Positions 24,351-31,805 of a stretch of 31,805 nucleotides of DNA are shown one piece after another. The stretch is from an archaeon. GTDB taxonomy: Archaea; Iainarchaeota; Iainarchaeia; Iainarchaeales; CSSED10-239. Numbering within the stretch: position 1 is the first letter of the stretch; every line of letters starts with the position of its first letter. The stretch is from contig JBBABY010000006.1 of NCBI GenBank assembly GCA_041657425.1, positions 36,152-67,956 on the forward strand. The letters are read 5' to 3'. The notes below the pieces were generated by a model. That model was not told the DNA's origin and made no database searches. It saw nothing but the letters and a program-made list of their open reading frames with translations. Both the position numbers and the translations under genes were made by a program.

Positions 24351-25661
24351 TTATATTAATTTTGCTTTTGGCATTATCATTCCCGGCATTAATGCTGAAC
24401 CAAAGAACTTTTGCTCTTTTGAAAGATAAATGTCTTTAAAGATGGTTTTACAGTTTCCTGTAAAGTTAAGGTTAGTAATTGTGTTATTATATTTTCCATT
24501 TATAATTTCTTTTCCTGAGTTGATTACAAGAGAGAATTCTCCATTTGTCATATTACTTGTGTGTATTCCCATAACGTCGTAGATGTATATCCCTTTTTTG
24601 GTTTTGGAAATGATGTCTTTAAGTTTTTCTTTTCCTGGAGTAACAATAAGATTTGTAAAGTCGCAAGAAACTGGAGAATAAATGCTTTCTCTAAATCCAT
24701 TCCCGGTTTGTTTTTTTCCAGAAAGAACAGAATATTCTTGATCGTAAATAGAAGTTGCAAATTTTCCGTTATCAATAATATTTTTCTTATTTGTCTTAAA
24801 TCCTTCATCATCAAGAGTTTCAGATCCTCCAAAGTAATCTATGTGTGGATTTTCTGTGATTGTTAAGTTTTTTGAAAAAATTGTTTTTCCAAGATACTCG
24901 GAAAGATATGTTTGTTTCTTAAACATAAGTTCTCCAATTGTGGGGTGAACAATAAAATCAGAGATAATACTTGCACTTGCATCTGGACTAAAGATAAGCG
25001 TGTATTCTCCTTTAGTTCCTTGAACTGGATTTAATGTACTGTTTGCATTAACTTTTGCTTTATTTATTGTTGTAGTGATATCTATGTCTTTAGCTTTAGT
25101 AAAAACTTGTGATTCTCCACCACTTGATGGTTTTTTGTCTTGTGTGTTTACTTGTGTGCTAAAGATGGCAGTTCCAACTGTTTCTTCTTTAGAAGTATGT
25201 GGATTAATATAAAATCCATAACTTTTTCTTGCACCAAAATGTCCTTCATAGGATTTAAAGTATTTATCTTTTGTAAGATTTTTCTTAATTTCATTAAATT
25301 TCTCAGAAATATCAAAATCAATTATTTCTTTGTCTTGTTTTATTTTGATTGAGGATTTATCACTTCCAAATTCTCCAATTTTGATTCCTTTTTTCAATTT
25401 TGCAATTTTCTTTGCTTTTTCAATTGCTTCTTTTATGTTTTTTTCTGTGATGGTTGTAATTGTCGTGTAACCAGAATATCCATTAACAATTGCTCTAACA
25501 AAAAGTCCAGATGATTCTTGATTACTAACTTTTGAAATGTCAAATTTCAAGAACCTAACATTATTAGAATAATTATCTTCAAATATAAACTCTACATTTT
25601 CTTTTTTTGCAATTCTTTGACATAAGTCAAAAATATCTTTATTCATGTTTAGTTCCTCCAA
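24351..25661 (-). CDS. pmbA: PmbA/TldE-family protein (non-catalytic partner of TldD)
   Basis: 436 aa with TldD/PmbA-family architecture but no HExxxH. Overlaps the 3' end of the upstream tldD-like gene by 23 nt on the same strand. Confidence 0.75.
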   Translation of the reverse strand: MEELNMNKDIFDLCQRIAKKENVEFIFEDNYSNNVRFLKFDISKVSNQESSGLFVRAIVNGYSGYTTITTITEKNIKEAIEKAKKIAKLKKGIKIGEFGSDKSSIKIKQDKEIIDFDISEKFNEIKKNLTKDKYFKSYEGHFGARKSYGFYINPHTSKEETVGTAIFSTQVNTQDKKPSSGGESQVFTKAKDIDITTTINKAKVNANSTLNPVQGTKGEYTLIFSPDASASIISDFIVHPTIGELMFKKQTYLSEYLGKTIFSKNLTITENPHIDYFGGSETLDDEGFKTNKKNIIDNGKFATSIYDQEYSVLSGKKQTGNGFRESIYSPVSCDFTNLIVTPGKEKLKDIISKTKKGIYIYDVMGIHTSNMTNGEFSLVINSGKEIINGKYNNTITNLNFTGNCKTIFKDIYLSKEQKFFGSALMPGMIMPKAKLI

Positions 25662-27027
25662 TCACTGCATTGTCAATCTTTAAGTGCGGGCCAGAACCAG
25701 AAACAAAAGCAGTTTGTCCTTCTTTACCACAAAATCCAAAACCAAACTCTCCAACTTTGTTTGTAACTGCAGAGACATTCTTCAGATAATCAAGAATGTT
25801 TCCTGAAATGGATGCTTGTTTAAATGTTCCAATAATTTTTCCTTGTTTATATTGATAAGCTTTCTTAATTCCAAACATGAAAGTTCCCACACTAGGATCT
25901 ACTTGTCCTCCAGCAAATCCGTCAAGTAAATATCCATTGAAGTCTTTAACAACAGAATCAAGTTTTTCTCTTCCTTCTAAAAAGTAGGTATTACTCATTC
26001 TAACAATTGGTTTACAATTAAAGCTTTCTGCTCTAGCTGAACCGTTTGATTTTTTTCCAAGAATTGTCGCAGATTCAATATCTGTTAAGTAATCATTAAC
26101 AACACCTTTCTTAACAATTATTTTCTCTCTTGCTTTGATTCCTTCATCATCATAACTAAAGTGCCCAAATTCATTTAATAGAGGATTATCAACAATATTT
26201 ATTTCTTTATTTTCACTTAATACTTGTCCGATCTTAAGAACAGAAGAATCATTAACTACAGCATCTGCTTCGCTAGCGTGACCAATTGCTTCGTGTGCTA
26301 AAAGGTCAACAAGATTAGGAGTGAGTATAATTTCTGCTTTGATTGCAGGACAAGCTTTTGCCTTAAGTAATTCAGAAACGTTATTTACATTTTTCTTTGC
26401 TAAATTTTCAAGTTTTCTAAAATCTAATTTTTCAAGACCACCAGTTTCTCCAAATCTTTCCATATAATTTTCTGTAGTGTTTCCAGATTTTCCAGTAATT
26501 GAACTATAGAAGATTACATGTGGATCATCTTGATAAACAAAAGAATCAGGATTAATAAAATATTTTTGTTTGATTTTCTCAAGATAAATAACATTTGATT
26601 GTAATATCTTGTAATTTACTTTGGATTTTAAGATATTATTATTAATTTCCATTAACTCTTTGACTTTCTTTTCCAGAGGAAGTTCTTCAAAGTCTTTAAA
26701 TTTAGTTTTTACTAGTGAGTTGTTTTCTGCCCAGTTTTTAAATTTCGTTTTTGTTGAGATTTTAAGAGTCGATTTGATACAGTCATCGATTATTTGCTTA
26801 TAATTCTCAGGATTGGTTGTTGAACAAAACCCAAGTTTTCCTTTTTCTAATATTCTTATACCAACACCAGTAACTTCATTAAGATTAATTTCTTTAATTA
26901 TTTTATTTTCAATAGAAATACGATTGGTTTTAGTGGTTTCAAGTCTAACATCATAGTAATCAAGATTTTTAGATTTAAGATAACTATTAATATTCTCTAA
27001 AATGCTCTCAAAATTAGTATTCTTCAT
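25639..27027 (-). CDS. tldD: TldD-family metalloprotease
   Basis: HExxxH motif in LLAHEAIGHASEAD. The C-terminal glycine-rich block (GFCGKEGQTAFVSGSGPHLKI) is typical of TldD. 462 aa. Confidence 0.85.
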   Translation of the reverse strand: MKNTNFESILENINSYLKSKNLDYYDVRLETTKTNRISIENKIIKEINLNEVTGVGIRILEKGKLGFCSTTNPENYKQIIDDCIKSTLKISTKTKFKNWAENNSLVKTKFKDFEELPLEKKVKELMEINNNILKSKVNYKILQSNVIYLEKIKQKYFINPDSFVYQDDPHVIFYSSITGKSGNTTENYMERFGETGGLEKLDFRKLENLAKKNVNNVSELLKAKACPAIKAEIILTPNLVDLLAHEAIGHASEADAVVNDSSVLKIGQVLSENKEINIVDNPLLNEFGHFSYDDEGIKAREKIIVKKGVVNDYLTDIESATILGKKSNGSARAESFNCKPIVRMSNTYFLEGREKLDSVVKDFNGYLLDGFAGGQVDPSVGTFMFGIKKAYQYKQGKIIGTFKQASISGNILDYLKNVSAVTNKVGEFGFGFCGKEGQTAFVSGSGPHLKIDNAVIGGTKHE

Positions 27028-27106
27028 AAATATAATATAATAGAAAGTATTTATATTCTTAATTTAATTATATAATATAAGCAAAAACAAAAATTACGAA
27101 AATAAA

Positions 27107-27607
27107 ATGTTCAAACGAAAAAAGATTTCATTTAAGGATACTCTTTTAACAAAGAAAAAGACAGATCCCTTACATGCAATATACTATCAGTTGGTAAGCT
27201 ATTCCTTATTTTATGGAAATAAGATGTTTCTAAAATATGCAAGTTTAGGAATAATAGGAACATTAGTTGATTTTGCAATTCTTTTAGCATTAACAGAATT
27301 TGCAGGAATAAATTATATTTTATCTTCAATAATAGGAATAATAATCGGAATTTATGTAAATTATCTTTTAAATAAAAAATATATCGTTAGAGAAAGAGGA
27401 TATAAGCAAGAAAAGATTAACTTTTGGTTTGCTTTTGCATATTTCTTTACTTCTTTTTTAAGTATTGTTTTTGCAATAATGTTCATGATAGTTTTAGTTG
27501 AATATTACTCAATAGGATATTTTCTTGCAAATGTTATAGCATCTTTTGTTTTTTTCTTAATAAGATACTTTGCTCATAGGGTTCTTTTTAAGAGATTCGG
27601 GCATTAG
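27107..27607 (+). CDS. GtrA-like membrane protein
   Basis: LKYASLGIIGTLVDFAILLALTEFAGINYILSSIIGIIIGIYVNYLLNKKYIV is the GtrA signature, and there are four TM segments. The true start may be the internal Met at 27224. Confidence 0.7.
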   Translation: MFKRKKISFKDTLLTKKKTDPLHAIYYQLVSYSLFYGNKMFLKYASLGIIGTLVDFAILLALTEFAGINYILSSIIGIIIGIYVNYLLNKKYIVRERGYKQEKINFWFAFAYFFTSFLSIVFAIMFMIVLVEYYSIGYFLANVIASFVFFLIRYFAHRVLFKRFGH

Positions 27608-27676
27608 GGTAATCTTTATATACTCTTTTTATTATATAATATTTTAGTAATAATTATATTTACAGGGTGTAAAAAA

Positions 27677-29020
27677 ATGGAAATATTAACAAGCGATAGA
27701 GGAAAATTAATTAAAGTTTTAAAAACAAAAGGAAAAGATAAAATTCAATATCTTGGCCACATTGTAAATATTTCTGGAAACGAATTAACAGTAAAACTTG
27801 AAGATAATGGTTATAATATTTCTATAACTCTCGATAAAGATGTAACTTATGAAATACTTGCAGAAAGAAAAGAACTTGGTAAAACTCATAAGCTTGAGAT
27901 TAAACAAAACCCAAAGTTGCCTTCAGTGTGCTTAGTGGCAACAGGTGGAACAATAGGAACTCATGTTGATTATAAGACTGGCGGAGTAAACATGTCAAGA
28001 ACTCCAGAGGAAATCCTTTCAACAGTTCCTGAATTACTTGAAGTTGTTAATATTAAAAAGATAGTTCCTGCAATTCAGAAAGCAAGTGAAGATATTTGTT
28101 ATAAAGATTGGCAAGTAATTGCTAAAGCAGTTTATGAGCAATTAATCGATCCAGAGATTGATGGAATAATTATTTCTCACGGAACAGACACTTTAGCTTG
28201 GACAGGAACAGTTCTTTCTTTCATGATTCAAAATATAAATAAACCAATTTTGATGGTTGGTGCTCAGAGATCTCCAGACAGGGCCAGTTTTGATGGCGCT
28301 ATGAATCTTGTGTGCGCAGCTCATTTCATTAAGGAAAAGATGCCCGGCGTTTATACAGTAATGCACGGGTCAATTAGCGATGATTTCTGTCATATAATAA
28401 AAGCAGTAAAGTCCCGAAAGATGCACAGCTCAAGAAGAGATTCTTTTAAAGCAGTTAATGATACTCCAGTTGCAAGAGTATTCTCAAATGGCCAAATTGA
28501 ATATTTAAAGGACAAAAAGTTATTTGTAATACCTAAAGAAAAACCAAAGTTAGATGTTTCTTATTCAGACACAGTAACAATACTAAAAGCATATCCTAAT
28601 TCTAATCCAGAAGTTATTGATTGGTATATTAATAAAGGATATAAAGGAATAATTATTGAAGGAACAGGTTTAGGTCACTGCCCAACAGATGATGAAACAA
28701 AAAAGCTTTCAGATCCAACAAAAGACTGGTTACCATATATTGAAAAAGCAACAAAGAAAGGAATAATCGTAATAATGACCACTCAATGTTTGTTTGGGAG
28801 AGTAAACGGTAATGTTTATTCTAATCTTAGAAACATAACAAAAGCAGGGGCAGAATACTTAGATCAGCACGATATGCTTCCAGAGGTTGCATACATTAAA
28901 TTATCAATTGCTCTTGGGAGATTTAAAACAAGAGAAGAAATAATGAAGTTCATGGAAAAGAATCTAGCAGGAGAAATTTCAAAAAAAGAAGTTCCTGCAG
29001 ATTTTGATGGTTTTGAATAG
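27677..29020 (+). CDS. gatD: Glu-tRNA(Gln) amidotransferase subunit D (archaeal, asparaginase-like)
   Basis: N-terminal small beta domain, then the asparaginase motifs VATGGTIG and ISHGTDTLAWTG. 447 aa. gatE is on the same strand nearby. Confidence 0.9.
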   Translation: MEILTSDRGKLIKVLKTKGKDKIQYLGHIVNISGNELTVKLEDNGYNISITLDKDVTYEILAERKELGKTHKLEIKQNPKLPSVCLVATGGTIGTHVDYKTGGVNMSRTPEEILSTVPELLEVVNIKKIVPAIQKASEDICYKDWQVIAKAVYEQLIDPEIDGIIISHGTDTLAWTGTVLSFMIQNINKPILMVGAQRSPDRASFDGAMNLVCAAHFIKEKMPGVYTVMHGSISDDFCHIIKAVKSRKMHSSRRDSFKAVNDTPVARVFSNGQIEYLKDKKLFVIPKEKPKLDVSYSDTVTILKAYPNSNPEVIDWYINKGYKGIIIEGTGLGHCPTDDETKKLSDPTKDWLPYIEKATKKGIIVIMTTQCLFGRVNGNVYSNLRNITKAGAEYLDQHDMLPEVAYIKLSIALGRFKTREEIMKFMEKNLAGEISKKEVPADFDGFE

Positions 29021-29035
29021 AAGTGAAAAAAAGCA

Positions 29036-30379
29036 ATGCAAACACTAAAAGAAACAGAGAAAATAGAATTAAAAAAATCAACCTCTGAATTAAAAGAAGC
29101 GATGATATCTATTTGTGCAATTCTAACTAAAAATAAATCTGGCCAACTATATTTTGGGATTAAAGATAATGGAGAAATAATCGGTCAAGAAATTGGCAAA
29201 GATACTTTAAGAGATATTGCTAGTGAAATCTCTAGAGCGATTGAACCAAAGATTCATCCAATAGTTAAAAAAGTTATATTGAATAAAAAGAATTGTATAG
29301 TTGTGGAGTTTTCAGGAAATTCCAATTTCTATTTTGCATACGGCAGAGCTTACATTCGTGTAAGTGATCAAAATCAGCAATTAGATATTGAAAATTTAAA
29401 AGAAAGGATTATTAGTCAGAGTAATGTTATTTGGGATAAACAATCTTCAAATAGAGTAGTTAAAGATGTAAACACAACTCAACTAAGAACATTTATAAAA
29501 AAAGCAAATCAAACAGAAAAAATAAATTTTAAATTTACAAATTCAAAAGAAGTATTAAATAAATTACATTTATTAAATAAACAAAAATTATCAAATGCAG
29601 GAATGGTATTATTTTCAAAGACCGCAAATATTGAATTACAATGTGCAGTTTTTAAGACAAAAGAAAAATCTGATTTTCTAGATATTGATTTAAAGAAAGG
29701 AAATATTTTTGAATTAATAGATTTTTCTAAAAAATATCTTTTTGAGCATTTAAACTGGAGAGCAGATTTAACAAAAACTAATAGAGTAGAAGAATTAGAA
29801 ATCCCTGAAAGAGCATTATTCGAAGCAATAATTAATTCTTTTTGTCACAAAGATTATACCATTAGTAAAAGTAACGAGATTGCCATCTACCCAGATAGAG
29901 TAGAGATTTATAATCCTGGCAAATTTCCTAAAGAATATTCCATAAATGATTATCTTTCTGGAAAAGGCAAATCCATTTTAAGAAATCCAGATATTGCTCA
30001 AGTTTTATATTATTTTGATTACATAGAGAATTGGGGTTCTGGGCTTAGAAGAATAAATGAATATTGTAAAGTACAGAAAATAAAAGTAGAATATAGATTA
30101 GAACCGAACGGATTATCCATAATATTTTATCGGCTAAATGTCTCTGTAAATGAAGGTGTAAATGAAGGTGTAAATGAAGGTGTAAAATTTACAAAAACAG
30201 AATTACAAATTATTAATACATTAATAAAAAATAAATTTATAACTTATGAAGAATTATCTAAAAAGTTAAAATTAAGTTCTGCGACAGTATTTAGAAATAT
30301 ATTTATATTAAAAAATCAAAACAAAATTAAAAGAATTGGTTCAGATAAAAATGGTTATTGGCAAGTATTAAAAAAATGA
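29036..30379 (+). CDS. AlbA_2 (Schlafen-core) / HATPase_c_4 / C-terminal wHTH protein ('RecG-like putative transcriptional regulator' architecture)
   Basis: - N-terminus ETEKIELKKSTSELKEAMISICAILTKNKSGQLYFGIKDNGEIIG is the AlbA_2 pattern.
- ERALFEAIINSFCHKDY...IYPDRVEIYNPGKFP...RNPDIAQVL...IENWGSGLRRI is the HATPase_c_4 pattern.
- The C-terminal TKTELQIINTLIKNKFITYEELSKKLKLSSATVFRNIFILKNQNKIKRIG is a wHTH. Confidence 0.8.
   Translation: MQTLKETEKIELKKSTSELKEAMISICAILTKNKSGQLYFGIKDNGEIIGQEIGKDTLRDIASEISRAIEPKIHPIVKKVILNKKNCIVVEFSGNSNFYFAYGRAYIRVSDQNQQLDIENLKERIISQSNVIWDKQSSNRVVKDVNTTQLRTFIKKANQTEKINFKFTNSKEVLNKLHLLNKQKLSNAGMVLFSKTANIELQCAVFKTKEKSDFLDIDLKKGNIFELIDFSKKYLFEHLNWRADLTKTNRVEELEIPERALFEAIINSFCHKDYTISKSNEIAIYPDRVEIYNPGKFPKEYSINDYLSGKGKSILRNPDIAQVLYYFDYIENWGSGLRRINEYCKVQKIKVEYRLEPNGLSIIFYRLNVSVNEGVNEGVNEGVKFTKTELQIINTLIKNKFITYEELSKKLKLSSATVFRNIFILKNQNKIKRIGSDKNGYWQVLKK
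30146..30186 (+). repeat. perfect 12-nt tandem repeat (GTAAATGAAGGT x3 plus a partial 4th) encoding VNEG-VNEG-VNEG in the linker before the wHTH
   Basis: Read directly: gtaaatgaaggt gtaaatgaaggt gtaaatgaaggt gtaaa. In frame within 29036..30379. Confidence 0.9.
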
Positions 30380-30390
30380 AGTGAAAATTT

Positions 30391-31805
30391 ATGAAATTAC
30401 AAGATATAGAAAATATTGATTACAAAAAGACAGGGTTATGTTGTGGTTTAGAAATACATCAACAATTAGATACAAATAAACTTTTTTGTAAATGTAAATC
30501 TAAATTAATAAAAGATGGAACAAAACCAGACAGAATAATAAAACGAAAACTAAGGGCCGTTTATTCAGAGACTGGAGAATTTGATGAAACTGCGTTAATG
30601 GAACAGAAGAAAGCAAAGACAAACATTTATTATTTTTATAATTCTTGTAACTGTCTAGTGGACGCGGATTGTCAACCACCAATAAGAACAAGCCCTGATG
30701 CACTAAAGATTGCGGTTATTATTTCCAGTCTTACAAATTCTCATTTGGTTGACAAATCAATAGTTATGAGAAAGCAAGTAATTGATGGGTCAAATGTTTC
30801 TGGTTTTCAAAGAACAATGATGATTTCAACTGATGGCCATCTTGATTTTGATTTTGGGAAAATACGAATTGATAAGATTCTTTTAGAAGAAGATGCTGCA
30901 AGAGCAATTGAAAGAAAAGAAACTGAAGTCATTTATTCTTTAGATCGTTTAGGCATACCATTAATTGAAATGGTAGTTTGGCATGATATGCACACACCCG
31001 AAGACACAAAGAAAGTTGCACTATTTATTGGACAACTTTTCAGAACCACTGGCAAAGTGAAAAGAGGACTTGGTTCAATTCGTCAGGACATTAATATTTC
31101 AATAGCTGGCGGTTCAAGAGTAGAAGTAAAAGGGTGTCAGGATCTTGATATGATTCCAGAGATTATAAGACGAGAAATTCTAAGACAAATAAATCTTTTA
31201 GAAATTAAAGATGAATTAAAGAAAAGAAAAATTATTGAAATTAAATTAAAAGAAAAAGATCTAACGAGTATTTTTAAACAAACAGAATCAAAAGCAATCA
31301 AAACTGCATTAGATCAGAAAAAAGAAATTTTTGGATTTTCCGTTTCTAGTTTTTCAGGAATTTTAGGTACAGAAATTCAACCAAACAGAAGAGTAGGAAC
31401 TGAACTTGCAAGTATTCTAAAAGCAAAAACTACATTAAAAGGATTGTTTCATTGCGATGAACTTCCAAATTATGGAATAACAGAAGCAGAGGTTGTAAAG
31501 ATAAAGCAAGAGCTAAAAGTAGCAGATAAAGATTCGTATATTATAGTTATGTGTGATAAAAAAGAAATACAATGTGTTAGAGAGATATTAGAAGAAAGAT
31601 TGAATCAATTAATAATTGCAATTCCAAAAGAAACAAGGCTAGTAAATGTCGAAGGAAACACAGAATATCAAAGACCGCTTTCGATTGGAGGCACAAGAAT
31701 GTATCCGGAAACAGATCTTCTACCAATTGTTTTTACTGAAGAACTATTAAAAGAAGCAAAACAAGAAATGCCTTTGTCTTTAGATGAGAGAAAAGTGCTT
31801 TATGA
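30391..31805 (+). CDS. gatE: Glu-tRNA(Gln) amidotransferase subunit E, 5' part (runs off the window end)
   Basis: It is not in the ORF track because no stop is reached. Translation MKLQDIENIDYKKTGLCCGLEIHQQLDTNKLFCKCKS... carries the GatE/GatB N-terminal signature (GLEIHxQL). The frame is open to base 31805. GTGAAA SD-like sequence lies upstream. Confidence 0.9.
   Translation, partial: MKLQDIENIDYKKTGLCCGLEIHQQLDTNKLFCKCKSKLIKDGTKPDRIIKRKLRAVYSETGEFDETALMEQKKAKTNIYYFYNSCNCLVDADCQPPIRTSPDALKIAVIISSLTNSHLVDKSIVMRKQVIDGSNVSGFQRTMMISTDGHLDFDFGKIRIDKILLEEDAARAIERKETEVIYSLDRLGIPLIEMVVWHDMHTPEDTKKVALFIGQLFRTTGKVKRGLGSIRQDINISIAGGSRVEVKGCQDLDMIPEIIRREILRQINLLEIKDELKKRKIIEIKLKEKDLTSIFKQTESKAIKTALDQKKEIFGFSVSSFSGILGTEIQPNRRVGTELASILKAKTTLKGLFHCDELPNYGITEAEVVKIKQELKVADKDSYIIVMCDKKEIQCVREILEERLNQLIIAIPKETRLVNVEGNTEYQRPLSIGGTRMYPETDLLPIVFTEELLKEAKQEMPLSLDERKVLY

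Noticed and set aside
25639-25661. 23-nt overlap between tldD and pmbA, and the 8-nt convergent overlap of the DinD-like gene with nth (12910-12917), as unusual features
   Set aside because: Short overlaps are ordinary in compact archaeal genomes. The pmbA start could equally be a slightly downstream Met. There is no evidence of frameshifting or regulation.
1418-30703. Short ORFs in the six-frame track that lie inside or antisense to longer, motif-supported genes: 1418..1606, 2447..2680, 3225..3548, 4361..4555, 4389..4571, 4671..4958, 6308..6547, 9756..10034, 10211..10528, 12470..12820, 13326..13553, 13611..13910, 15328..15519, 15476..15814, 15891..16076, 16515..16700, 17489..17683, 24548..24832, 24561..24866, 25140..25352, 25607..25789, 26621..26803, 27132..27329, 30500..30703
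   Set aside because: All are shadow frames of genes with clear family motifs. Their translations are low-complexity (Leu/Phe/Ile/Lys-rich, as expected from AT-rich antisense frames), they lack SD sequences, and none shows a recognisable motif.
1-31805. CRISPR arrays, rRNA genes, additional tRNAs, large inverted repeats or IS elements
   Set aside because: Reading both strands showed no spaced direct repeats of 24-40 nt, no rRNA-like conserved blocks, and no second cloverleaf-capable GC-rich segment. The only tandem repeat is the 12-nt coding repeat at 30146-30186.

Overview
Strongly AT-rich, tightly packed archaeal window. The archaeal call rests on GatD/GatE, a tRNA with a textbook bulge-helix-bulge intron, a NurA-like nuclease and GGTGA-type ribosome-binding sites. 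The short genes and AT-richness would fit a DPANN-like lineage, but that is inference only. No rRNA, CRISPR array, integrase or transposase was seen.

Layout:
- 1-5.65 kb, mostly housekeeping: two small membrane/secreted proteins, intron-containing tRNA-Trp(CCA), a beta-CASP/MBL nuclease, a secretion-type (VirB11/ArlI/PilB-like) ATPase with a coiled-coil partner, HtpX, and a 2H phosphoesterase.
- 5.65-12.9 kb, accessory-looking block:
  - an RHH-like antitoxin / RelE-ParE toxin / NurA operon;
  - a 364-nt gap holding a 31-aa hydrophobic ORF;
  - a winged-helix protein;
  - a retropepsin-like protease with a small partner;
  - a small membrane protein and a large secreted beta-propeller protein;
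  - a Bro-N/DinD-like gene.
  A 33-nt C-rich direct repeat (27/33 identical) sits upstream of both the TA-NurA operon and the DinD-like gene.
- 12.9-24.3 kb: endonuclease III, then a co-directional, translationally coupled surface-glycan cluster. It contains a Wzx-like flippase, GT4 and GT2 glycosyltransferases, an epimerase, a CapK/PaaK-like adenylating enzyme, a DUF362-like protein, and a DUF2334-like/methyltransferase fusion.
- 24.3-31.8 kb: PmbA/TldD, GtrA-like, and gatD and gatE separated only by an AlbA_2 (Schlafen-core)/HATPase_c_4/wHTH gene.

Best candidate for something new: the TA-coupled stand-alone NurA operon, whose toxin carries a C-terminal copy of the antitoxin tail, together with the shared upstream motif. 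All family assignments come from motif recognition by eye and need profile or structure searches.
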